64,000 bases of DNA from Candidatus Latescibacterota bacterium (GTDB taxonomy: Bacteria > Latescibacterota > UBA2968), in contig OZ242195.1 in assembly GCA_965205975.1 (NCBI GenBank), positions 4,960,001-5,024,000 of the forward strand, in the 5' to 3' direction. A model generated the notes under the pieces. That model saw only the letters and a program-made list of their open reading frames with translations. It was not told where the DNA came from and did not search any database. Positions within the stretch are counted from its first letter, which is position 1. Every line of letters begins with the position of its first letter. Shown piece by piece: positions 1 to 9,156 of the stretch. The translations under genes were made by a program, and so were the position numbers.

Positions 1-465
1 TTTGCGGTTTCGCACCAGGCGGTGGTTGTTGGCAATCCCGAGAAGTTAGAAGATGAAGTTTTGACAATAGACCCTTATCCGGGCGATGAGGGGGCTGAAC
101 GATTTTTGATTGATCAAATTAATGCGGCGCGAAGGCGGATTGGATGTCAGGCAGTCCTTCCACATCCCAATTTGATGCAGGTGGCGCGCATCCGCCTCGA
201 GGAAATGTTGGCTTTGGGTGAGGTATCCCACTTTTCTTTATCGGGATTGGATGTGATGTGGCATGTAACCACCCGACGCTTGCCATTTTCCCAGGTGAGC
301 GAAAATGTGGCAAACGGATATTTTGTCGAAACGATGCAGGCATGTTGGATGTTAAGTGCGGGCCATCGTTCAAATATATTGGCGAGACACTGGACACATG
401 TGGGAGTAGCTGTGGCAAAATCCAGGGGTATGGTATGGGGCGTTCAGGTGTTTGCACGGCAATAA
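1..465 (+). CDS. CAP/SCP-domain protein, probably 5'-truncated by the window edge
   Basis: SHF...ENVA...WMLSAGHRSNIL...HVGVAV motifs of the CAP family; frame is open from base 1. Confidence 0.8.
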   Translation, partial: FAVSHQAVVVGNPEKLEDEVLTIDPYPGDEGAERFLIDQINAARRRIGCQAVLPHPNLMQVARIRLEEMLALGEVSHFSLSGLDVMWHVTTRRLPFSQVSENVANGYFVETMQACWMLSAGHRSNILARHWTHVGVAVAKSRGMVWGVQVFARQ

Positions 466-479
466 AAAAGAGGTTTGGT

Positions 480-2069
480 GTGAATAAAAAACAGGCCGAT
501 GTGCCCGATTTGCTCCAGATTGGCGGCGGATTAAATTCAGGCGTGTCGCGGGAGGTGTCGCAACAGACCGGTGTTCCCGAAGCGCAGGTCTATGGCGTGG
601 GTAGTTTTTTTGATTTGTTGACGGATACGGACAAAAAAGTGCGGGTATGCACGGGTTTGTCGTGTCGCATGGCGGGTGCAGATCAGGTGCTGCAGGCGAT
701 GGAAGATGCGGGCCTGCCCGCGATGGGGTGTTCGTGTCTGGCAGCTTGTGATCGTCCGCCTGCGGTGTTGCGAGACCGCGATGTGTTGCCCGCTGTATCG
801 GTCAAAGATGTGGCACAGGCAGAAGGCGATTGGACAAAGCTGAAGTCAGAAATAGAAGCCAATGGCAACTTGGGACATGTGGGGCCAGAGGTAGATGATC
901 CAGATACTATGGCGATCAATTTGTTAGGGCAGGCCGATTGGTCGGGCAAAGCGTTTAAAAAGGCCGCGAAGATGCGTCCCGAAGAAATTATCGAAGAAAT
1001 AGAGACATCGGGGCTGCAGGGGCGCGGTGGCGCGGGTTTTTCCGCGTCTTTTAAGTGGAATGCCGTGTGTTCAGAAAAAGAGACCACGCGTTATGTGGTC
1101 TTAAATGGCGACGAGAGTGAGCCAGGTACATTTAAGGATCGCGAGATTTTGATGCGTCGTCCCGATCTGGTCATCGAGGGATTGGCGATTGCGGCTTATA
1201 CAATTGGGGCGAGAGATGTTTATTTGTACTTGCGGGGCGAGTTCGCTTTTCCAAAGGCTGTGATGGCAAAAGCAGTTGCAGAGTTTGAATCGCATAATAT
1301 ATTTCCCGATATCCGTTTTCACATGCACTCGGGGCAGGGTGCGTATATTTGTGGCGAGGAGACCGCGCTTTTAGAGGCATTGGAGGGCAAGCGCGGGATG
1401 CCGCGTTTGCGCCCACCCTATCCCACAGAATACGGTCTGTGGGGAAAACCCACTCTTATTCACAATGTGGAAACGATTGCGTGCGTGCCTTCGATTATTT
1501 CTAACGGCGGCGATTGGTTTCGCAATTTGGGGCGCACAGAGGCGGGGTCAAAAGTGTATTGTATTAGCGGGCATGTCAAACGCCCCGGTGTCTATGAGTT
1601 GCCGCTCGGTGTGACTTTAGATGAGTTGGTCGAAGAGGCCGGCGGATATATTGGTACTCCGAAAGCGTTTAGTCCCGGGGGTGCGAGTTCGGGCTTTTTG
1701 CCGGCTAAATACAGGGATCAGCCATTGGATTTTAAGACAATGGATGGGTTGGGTTCGCTGCTCGGCTCGGCCGGTGTTGTTGTGTTGAACGACACGGTGG
1801 ATATAAAATGGTCAGTAAGTCAACAGTTGAGATTTTTTCACGATGAAAGCTGCGGCCAATGCGCCCCTTGTCGCATTGGTACGCGGTATTTACACGAGGC
1901 ACTTGAAAATCGCATTTGCAATCGGGAACAGGACGACAACCCTCACTTGCAACACACAGAAGATGTGGCGTGGCAAATGGGTGAGGGTTCGATATGTGGT
2001 CTTGGGCAAATTGCTGCTCTCCCCCTGACGAGTGCCCAAAAATTTTTCCCCGAGGAATTTGATGAATGA
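480..2069 (+). CDS. NuoE-NuoF fusion: FMN/NAD-binding diaphorase subunit of an NAD-linked formate dehydrogenase
   Basis: N-terminal CTGLSC...CLAAC (2Fe-2S, NuoE-like); GLQGRGGAGF, NGDESEPGTFKDR, GAYICGEETAL, ESCGQCAPCRIG, ICGLG; GTG at 480 after GAGG. Confidence 0.9.
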   Translation: MNKKQADVPDLLQIGGGLNSGVSREVSQQTGVPEAQVYGVGSFFDLLTDTDKKVRVCTGLSCRMAGADQVLQAMEDAGLPAMGCSCLAACDRPPAVLRDRDVLPAVSVKDVAQAEGDWTKLKSEIEANGNLGHVGPEVDDPDTMAINLLGQADWSGKAFKKAAKMRPEEIIEEIETSGLQGRGGAGFSASFKWNAVCSEKETTRYVVLNGDESEPGTFKDREILMRRPDLVIEGLAIAAYTIGARDVYLYLRGEFAFPKAVMAKAVAEFESHNIFPDIRFHMHSGQGAYICGEETALLEALEGKRGMPRLRPPYPTEYGLWGKPTLIHNVETIACVPSIISNGGDWFRNLGRTEAGSKVYCISGHVKRPGVYELPLGVTLDELVEEAGGYIGTPKAFSPGGASSGFLPAKYRDQPLDFKTMDGLGSLLGSAGVVVLNDTVDIKWSVSQQLRFFHDESCGQCAPCRIGTRYLHEALENRICNREQDDNPHLQHTEDVAWQMGEGSICGLGQIAALPLTSAQKFFPEEFDE

Positions 2070-4863
2070 ACTGACATTGAACGGACAGACGGTATGCTTT
2101 GCCGAGGGCGAAACCCTGCTGGATATTGCATCCCGTCAGGGGTTGGAAATTCCGACCCTGTGTCACGATCCGCGTTTAGAGCCCGCGGGTGCGTGTCGCT
2201 CTTGTCTCGTGGAGGTTGCAGGAGAACGATTGATGACACCGGCCTGTGCGCGTGTGGCGCAAGCTGGTATGGTGGTGATGACCGAGAATGAGCGCATTGA
2301 TCGGCACCGCCAAACCCTGATGGCTTTGTATATGACCGATCATCCGCACGAGCGAGAAGTATCGGAAGTGGGGGCGCCGGATTTATTGCTGGATATGGCT
2401 GCTGAGTTCGACGCGCCAATGGATTGGGGATGGATGGAGCCGATGCGGGGAGATCGAGAGGATCGCAATCCATACATCGATTTTAATCCCGATACCTGTA
2501 TTGCGTGTGCTCGGTGCGTGCGCTATTGCGAGGAAATAGAAGGTGTTTCGGCGATTACCCTTGCGGGTAGAGGGTCGCATACGACTATTTCTACGGTGGA
2601 TGAAAAATCACTGCTTGATACGACGTGCGAGTTGTGCGGTGGATGTATTGATGTGTGTCCAACCGGCGCTATGAATGAAAAATTGCCCCTTACGCGCGGG
2701 CAAAAACCCGAGCGCGAACTGGTAAAGGTGCGGTCAACTTGCAACTTTTGTGGGGTGGGCTGTCAGCTCGATCTCAATGTGGATTTAGAAGGACGAGATG
2801 GTCAGGGGCAGATTGTAAAGGTGACGAGTCCACCGCCGGGCACGACGACCAATGACGGCAATTTGTGTGTCAAAGGACGCTTTGCCTATGACTTTGTTCA
2901 CCATAACGACCGGTTGACGCAGCCACTTGTGCGGGGTGAGGATGGTGTATTGTATCCAACCACCTGGGACGATGCGCTCGAAAGAGCAGCGGAAGGATTG
3001 TTGGGCGTTGCAGAGCGACACGGCGTAGATGCCCTGGGTTTTGTGAGTTCGTCGCGGTGTACGATGGAGGAAAATTTTCTCGTTCAGAAAATGGCGCGCG
3101 TACTGTTTCGGGCAAATCACGTCCATCAGTGCGCGGCCACGTGACACGCGCCAACTGTGGCCGGTCTGGTCGAAACATTTGGTGCGGGTGCTATGACAAA
3201 TTCAATTGGCGAGATACGCGATGCTGATTTTTTGTTTGTGATTGGCAGCAATACGAGTGAAGCGCATCCGATTATTGCTATGGAAATGAAGCGCGCGGTT
3301 CGCAAAGGCGCAACCCTCGTTGTCGCCGATCCCAGGGCGATATGGATGACGTCTATTGCGGAAAAGCATTTGCCACTCAATCCGGGTACAGATGTATGGT
3401 TGCTCAATGCCATGGCGCATGTTATCGTGGTAGAGGATTTGATCGATCGCGAGTTTATCGAAAATCAGACGGAAGATTTTGAGCAGGTCAAAGAGGCAGT
3501 TGCGTCTTATACACCCGAGAAGGCGGAGGAGATAACGGGTATTTCAGCAGATGATATTCGCTGGACAGCGCGTCAGTATGCTACGACAGAAAAAGCGGGT
3601 ATATATTATACGCTGGGCATTACGGAACACGCACACGGTACGGATAATGTGTATGCGCTTGCAAATCTGGTTTTGATGACGGGGCATTTGGGCAAACCAG
3701 CGACCGGGATGAATCCACTGCGCGGACAGAATAATGTGCAGGGTGCGAATGATGCGGGTGCCACGCCGATGTTTTATCCGGGTTATCAGCGCGTGGATGA
3801 TCCAGAAGTGCGGGCAAAATATGAAAAGTCCTGGGGTGTTCCACTATCTCCTGTGCCTGGGTTGAATCTCAATGAGATGATGAAGACGGTGGGGGAACAG
3901 ATGCGCGGCTTTTTTGTAATGGGTGAAGATATTGTGTTGTCCGAACCCAATGTTCTCGAGTTGGAAAAGGGGTTGAATAATGTCGATTTTATCGTGATGC
4001 AGGATGCGTTTATGAATGAGACAGCGCGTTTTGCCGATGTGATTTTGCCCGCAGCCGTGTTTGCCGAGAAGGAGGGGACGTTCACCAATTCAGAGCGTCG
4101 CGTGCAGAGGGTTCGCAAAGCGGTTGAACCTCCTGGGGAAGCGCTTCCAGATTGGGAGATTCTGGTTATGCTGGCGAATAAGATGGGCGCGAATTGGTCT
4201 TATAAAGATCCAGCGGAAGTTTATGCCGAGATGGTTAAAGATGTTCCTCAATTTGCCGGTATCAGTCACGAGAAATTGGAAAAGATAGATCGCGTAGCAG
4301 GTGAAGAGAGCATAGCGGGCTTACAGTGGCCGTGCCCCGATGCAGAACATCCGGGTACAAAATTTTTACACGAAGATGGGATTTTGCGCGGCAAGGGATT
4401 GTTTATGCCCGTGCATTATATCCCACCGGCGGAATTGCCAGATGAAGATTACGGTCTTTTTCTTTCTACGGGACGCACGCTGTATCACTACAATGCCGCA
4501 ACACAGACGCGCCGAGAGTCCGGTCTCGATGCAAAACAGTCCGAGGCTTTTGTGGAGTTGCATCCGAGCGATGCGCGGAAGCGGGGTGTTCATCACGGGG
4601 ATATGGTGGAGGTGACGACGCGGCGCGGGAGTGTGCAGTTGCGGGCTATTTTGTCGCGGCAAGTGCGTCCGGGGTGTATCTGGATGCCGTTGCATTTTGC
4701 CGAGGCGCGCGCCAATGTGTTGACGAATGATGTGGGCGATGCGGTGACGGGGACAGCCGAGTACAAGGTGTGTGCGGCAGAGGTGCGGTTGGTTGAGTCG
4801 ATGTCCGATAATGAAAAGTTCTTTCCGGGGAGCTATTACTACGAAGAGGGACCGGGGTTGTAG
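2062..4863 (+). CDS. fdhF: Formate dehydrogenase alpha subunit (Mo/W-bisPGD), selenoprotein; TGA at 3142-3144 read as Sec; 933 aa
   Basis: ORFs 2032-3144 and 3157-4863 are in the same frame; the junction reads QCAAT-U-HAPTVAGL, the FdhF Sec motif; CNFCGVGC, LCVKGRF, PLRGQNNVQG, EKEGTFTNSERRVQ; N-terminal 2Fe-2S and two 4Fe-4S motifs. Confidence 0.92.
3142..3190 (+). promoter_or_regulatory. Bacterial SECIS element
   Basis: CGCGCCAA (3147-3154) pairs with TTGGTGCG (3179-3186); apical GGCC/GGTC stem closes a GGTCT loop, resembling the E. coli fdhF SECIS apical sequence. Confidence 0.85.
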
Positions 4864-4889
4864 CGCGTGGGTGATTGAGTCAGGGGATT

Positions 4890-4905
4890 TATAATTCGCG
4901 GCTTT
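4890..4905. repeat. 16-bp direct repeat, copy 1 (TATAATTCGCGGCTTT)
   Basis: Identical to 6519-6534. Confidence 0.85.
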
Positions 4906-6415
4906 AGGATAAAGCTTCCTGCCCGAATCGCTCGACAGCCTGCAAGGTCTCGCGCACATCGTCCCAGGTCGTGGTGTGGTTGGCGATGCAGAGTCTGAGT
5001 GAAAATTTTCCATGCAGAAGCGTCGAGGATATGAAGGCTTTGTCTTCCCAAAAGATGCGGGCGAGTATTGTCTTGTTGATCTCTTCGAGTTCTTCTTCGT
5101 CAACAGCGGTATCGGCGGGTTTGACGCGGAAGCATACGATCCCCAGTGACGCGGGGTTTAACATCTCCAGTATCTGGCTTTCGCGGACGTACTCTTCCGC
5201 ACGGGCGGCCAATTCCATTCCCTTTGCTACAGCCCCCCGAAATGCGGCCATCCCAAAGGTCTGGACTGACATCCAGACTTTCAAGGCACGTACTGATCGG
5301 CTCAGTTGCAGGCCGCGATCCGAGAAGTTCGGGTGGTTTGTGCCCCATATTGTGTCCTGGAGAATGTCGTGGTGAACGCCGAAGGCGTTTTCAAGTGTAC
5401 TCAGGTCTTTGACCAGCAGACAGCCAGCCTCATAAGGCTGGAAGAACCATTTGTGCGCGTCCAGGCCGATGGAATCAGCCCGCTCGATCCCGCGCAAGAG
5501 TTCTTTGCCCTGTTCGGTCACGACAGCGAAGCCGCCGTACGCAGCGTCAATGTGTAGCCATATACCTTCTGCCTCGCAGTAGTCTGACATGGTTACGAGT
5601 GGATCAATAGTTCCGGTGCTGCTCGTTCCGGCATTGGCGCATACTGCAATGGGGTTGAATCCCGCTGTGCGGTCATCTGCTACAGTCTGTGCGAGTGCAT
5701 CCATGTCCAGGCGGAAGAGGTCGTCGCTTGGGATCAGGCGTATGCATTCTGGTCTGACGCCGATGATCCTGGCTGCTCGTATGTGCGCGCTATGGCTCTG
5801 GTCGCTCATATAGACGGTCGCGCGCTCTGGGTGACCCGCGGCTTCTCGCGCTGCGACGAGGGCATTGAGGCTGGCTGCGGAGCCTCCGCTCGTCAAAAGC
5901 CCGCCTGCGCTTTCTGGATAGCCGAGCCATTGCCGCAACCAATCAATGACGACCAGTTCGAGTTGGCTCGGACCGCTTCCGACCAGCCAGGTGCATACGT
6001 TGACGTTGTATCCAGCGGCCATGAAATCGGCCAGCACGCTGGGCCATGTGGGCGACGATGGGATAAACGCGAAGCAACGGGGGTGGTCCAGTCGCATCGC
6101 AATTGGGAGGATCTCGCGTGCGGCCTGCTCAATGACTTCTACTGGGGGCCGCCCAGCTTCGGGCGGATCTTTCAGGAGTTGTTTCTCCAGTCCCTGCCTG
6201 AATTCTCCATCCCAGGCATTTTCCCCGGGCAAGGTCTCAGTTCGCGCCACCAAAAGTTCCGCGGCTTTGTGCGCGAGTTCAAGCATGAGTTCGGGGGCCA
6301 TCTGGAGGCCGTTGCCCGCCTCGTCTGAAAGTTCTTGTTTTGTCACAGAGTGTCTCTCCACACACTTCTCCTTCTTGAGTTTTTCCATGTCATAACCAAA
6401 TATATTCTGTGACAC
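4904..6415 (-). CDS. Group II PLP-dependent (aromatic-amino-acid/DAB-type) decarboxylase; true start may be GTG at 6361
   Basis: DHPRCFAFI, LTSGGS, WLHIDAAYGG, DSIGLDAHKW (PLP lysine), LQLSR; AAGGAG upstream of 6361. Confidence 0.9.
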   Translation of the reverse strand: MSQNIFGYDMEKLKKEKCVERHSVTKQELSDEAGNGLQMAPELMLELAHKAAELLVARTETLPGENAWDGEFRQGLEKQLLKDPPEAGRPPVEVIEQAAREILPIAMRLDHPRCFAFIPSSPTWPSVLADFMAAGYNVNVCTWLVGSGPSQLELVVIDWLRQWLGYPESAGGLLTSGGSAASLNALVAAREAAGHPERATVYMSDQSHSAHIRAARIIGVRPECIRLIPSDDLFRLDMDALAQTVADDRTAGFNPIAVCANAGTSSTGTIDPLVTMSDYCEAEGIWLHIDAAYGGFAVVTEQGKELLRGIERADSIGLDAHKWFFQPYEAGCLLVKDLSTLENAFGVHHDILQDTIWGTNHPNFSDRGLQLSRSVRALKVWMSVQTFGMAAFRGAVAKGMELAARAEEYVRESQILEMLNPASLGIVCFRVKPADTAVDEEELEEINKTILARIFWEDKAFISSTLLHGKFSLRLCIANHTTTWDDVRETLQAVERFGQEALS

Positions 6416-6504
6416 AGTTTATGCTTGTAAGTCCTATCTGTCAAACATTTTAAATAGCTTTGAGAACCCTTAAAGCCAGTTGTCGTCCCGATTTCAGGAT
6501 ATAT

Positions 6505-6538
6505 AAAAAAGCCGCGAGTATAATTCGCGGCTTTTTTT
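6505..6538. terminator. Bidirectional intrinsic terminator; contains copy 2 of the 16-bp repeat (6519-6534)
   Basis: AAAAAAGCCGCGA-GTATAAT-TCGCGGCTTTTTTT. Confidence 0.8.
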
Positions 6539-6555
6539 GTGCTATATCGACCGGA

Positions 6556-7491
6556 TCATCCATCTGTTGGTGTCTGCGGATAAAAGCCAGAGAGCAGGGT
6601 TAATTCCATGCCGGTCTCGGGGTCAGTGATTGGGGTGGCATAACTTATTTTGCGTGAGCCAATGGGATCTCCGAGCAGTTCGCCATCTCCGTTCTCATCT
6701 ACCGCTGGATTATCGAAATAATACGCTACAAAACCGCCACCTGTAGCGGCTGCAGCGATGAGTTCCTGGACGTATTTGACGCCATTGGGATCTTCAAAAT
6801 CAATCAGGTTTTGTCCCTCGAGAGCTGCATTGGCTGCGTGATACACTATGACGCCCTCGCTGTTTAAAACTGCGAGGTAAATGGATTCGTGTTTCCACCT
6901 GCCTCCCTCTTGTCTGAATTCTTCTGCGATGTCCTCGGAAAAGGGGAAGCTTTTCGCGTATTCTTTTGCGGCTTCTACAAATGCTTTGAGGGTTTCTTTA
7001 TCTACTACATCCCTGGCCGTAATTTGTTTTGTTGGCTCTTCCAGAGAGTATGAATCTTTCACCTGTGCTTTTCCACCGATGGGCAAATAGAGTATGACCT
7101 TATAGCCTGCGTTAATTGGTATGCTGGACCAGGAGCCGATCTCGCCCCCGTCCTGCGAGGCTCGCGCCTGGTAATAACCATTGCCCGATGCGATTTCCAC
7201 CAGTGTCTGACCTTTTTCATCTGTTGTGCCTGACCACTCATAGGCTGGTACCTGTCCGGCAATAGAGCGCGAAAATTCTACGGCTACACCGCTTACTGGC
7301 GCGCCGTCACGATACAGATTGACCATGACTACAGCCTGTGCTTTGTGGTGGGCTATTGCCAATTTGCTCAGGGGACGTCCGACCTGTTCCTCTGTTCCGA
7401 CTTCTGACTGCGTCAAGCGCTCTCCGCCGCAGTTCCACATCAGTCCTGCAGCAAGAGCTATGATAGCTATACTGCGAATGTGGTTCAACAT
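6556..7491 (-). CDS. Lipoprotein: shared N-terminal beta-rich module plus C-terminal single Cache-type ligand-binding domain
   Basis: Lipobox LMWN-C; Cache-like IYLAVLNSEGVIVYH...LEGQNLIDFEDPNG...GGGFVAYYF...KISYA; ATG at 7491 after GGAGG. Confidence 0.75.
   Translation of the reverse strand: MLNHIRSIAIIALAAGLMWNCGGERLTQSEVGTEEQVGRPLSKLAIAHHKAQAVVMVNLYRDGAPVSGVAVEFSRSIAGQVPAYEWSGTTDEKGQTLVEIASGNGYYQARASQDGGEIGSWSSIPINAGYKVILYLPIGGKAQVKDSYSLEEPTKQITARDVVDKETLKAFVEAAKEYAKSFPFSEDIAEEFRQEGGRWKHESIYLAVLNSEGVIVYHAANAALEGQNLIDFEDPNGVKYVQELIAAAATGGGFVAYYFDNPAVDENGDGELLGDPIGSRKISYATPITDPETGMELTLLSGFYPQTPTDG
7060..7491 (-). repeat. ~432-bp duplicated N-terminal module, copy A (copy B at 8686-9117)
   Basis: Near-identical DNA, e.g. 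GTCCTGCGAGGCTCGCGCCTGGTAATAACCATTGCCCGATG in both copies. Confidence 0.9.
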
Positions 7492-7509
7492 GGAATCCTC
7501 CAAAAAAAT

Positions 7510-9117
7510 TTACGGCGAGAACCGATAGACCACGGGCAATTGCGCGGGGTCTGTGATGTTCAAATCTGTGTGGTGGTAGATGTTGATGCGCCCGGTGCCG
7601 CAGTCTCCGAATTCGTCGCAGTTGAGTGTCCCGACAAGGCCCTGAAAGCCTGACGTCGCGTGGAGTTGCCTGCGCAGTGCGGCGCGATCTACATACAATT
7701 TCCCACCCGCTTCGCCTGCAACAATCTCGATGGCGTTGAGCAGTAGCGTTGTGGCGTCGTAAGAGTGCGCCCAGTAAGGCGTGATTGGAAATCCGCCATA
7801 CGCGGCTTCGTACGCGGCGAGCGCTTCATCTACGCTCTTGCCGGTTGCAGCATTGACATTTGAGCCGAGATCCGCCTCCGGTCCTGCAGCGTAAACACCC
7901 TCTGATTGCGGTGTGGCAAGGAATTTCGAATCGAGGAGGGCTGCACCCGTGATGAGTGTCGCGTCTTTCAGGCTGTCGTGTTCCCGCACCTGCTTGGCGA
8001 AAGGTATGCCTTCTATATCGAAGAGCGGGAAAAAGATGCCGTCTGGTGTGGCTGCTGCAAATTCCGTGAGGACGGCTGTCATGACTGTCTGCCCTTTCTC
8101 GATCGTGGCGGTGGCTACGACTTCGCCTCCGATGGCGCTAAACGCATTGCCAAATGCGATGGTGAGGCCCAGGGTGTACGGGTCGCCATCATTGAGGGCG
8201 GTCATGCGTCGCAGGCCCAATTCATTGTATGCGAAGTCGGCGACTGCCCGCGCCTGATAGAGGTCGTTGACCGAAACGCGGAAATAGCCGGGGTGGTAGT
8301 CGGAACTCGCGTTGCCGGCGAGGTCGGACGTAAGTGCTGGCGAGGTGTTGGATGGCGAGATCATTACCAGACCCGCCTCGCTGATCACCGGTGAGGCCGC
8401 CACAGCTGCGCCGGAGCAGTTCGTGCCGATGACGCCGACTACCTGCGGGTCGGCAATGATCTGCTCTGCGCCCATGCGGCCGCCATCTGGCCCACACCCG
8501 GTGTCCAGTGATTCGCCGAGTTCAACCGCGTGACCGTGGATCAGGCCGAAGTCTTGTACGGCCAATTCAATGGCGTTCCGCGACGGCCCACCAAGCGATG
8601 TCGCGATGGTATGCGCGAGCAACGAACGGATTTGCACGGCTTCACCTTCGTCAATCGTGACTAAAGAGCGCATGGACGAACCGGTCACCTGTGCTTGTCC
8701 ACCGATGGGCAAATTGAGCATGACTTCGTAGCCTTCGTTAATTGGTATGCTGGACCAGGAACCGATCTCGACCCCGTCCTGCGAGGCTCGCGCCTGGTAA
8801 TAACCATTGCCCGATGTGATTTCCACCCATGCCTGACCATTATCATCGGTCATACCCGACCATTGATAGTCGGGAGTCTGTCCCGCAATGGAGCGCGAAA
8901 ATTCTACAGTTGCACCGCTTACTGGTGCGGCATCCTGGTGTACAGTGACCCCTACCACAGCCTGTGCTGCATCCTCGTGCGCCACCATTTTGCTCAGGGG
9001 ACGGCCAATCTGTTCCTCTGTTCCGGTTTCTGATTGCGTTACATGATCGCCGCCGCAGTTCCACATCAGTCCTGCGGCAAGAGCTATGACAAAAATACTG
9101 CGAATGTGCTTCAACAT
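7510..9117 (-). CDS. Lipoprotein: the same N-terminal module plus a LivJ-type branched-chain amino-acid periplasmic binding domain
   Basis: Lipobox LMWN-C; VIGTNCSG, MISPSNTSPALT, YFRVSVND, DGDPY, SYDATTLL. Confidence 0.85.
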   Translation of the reverse strand: MLKHIRSIFVIALAAGLMWNCGGDHVTQSETGTEEQIGRPLSKMVAHEDAAQAVVGVTVHQDAAPVSGATVEFSRSIAGQTPDYQWSGMTDDNGQAWVEITSGNGYYQARASQDGVEIGSWSSIPINEGYEVMLNLPIGGQAQVTGSSMRSLVTIDEGEAVQIRSLLAHTIATSLGGPSRNAIELAVQDFGLIHGHAVELGESLDTGCGPDGGRMGAEQIIADPQVVGVIGTNCSGAAVAASPVISEAGLVMISPSNTSPALTSDLAGNASSDYHPGYFRVSVNDLYQARAVADFAYNELGLRRMTALNDGDPYTLGLTIAFGNAFSAIGGEVVATATIEKGQTVMTAVLTEFAAATPDGIFFPLFDIEGIPFAKQVREHDSLKDATLITGAALLDSKFLATPQSEGVYAAGPEADLGSNVNAATGKSVDEALAAYEAAYGGFPITPYWAHSYDATTLLLNAIEIVAGEAGGKLYVDRAALRRQLHATSGFQGLVGTLNCDEFGDCGTGRINIYHHTDLNITDPAQLPVVYRFSP

Positions 9118-9156
9118 AGAATCCTCCTGAAGAGTGTTGTAAGAAAATGCTGTCGA

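Noticed and set aside
258..479. N-terminal extension of the 603-aa ORF
   Set aside because: It overlaps the CAP gene; GTG at 480 has an RBS and begins the NuoE-like domain
3142..3156. FDH alpha as a nonsense pseudogene or as two genes
   Set aside because: The TGA is in frame at the catalytic Sec position and is followed by a SECIS-like hairpin
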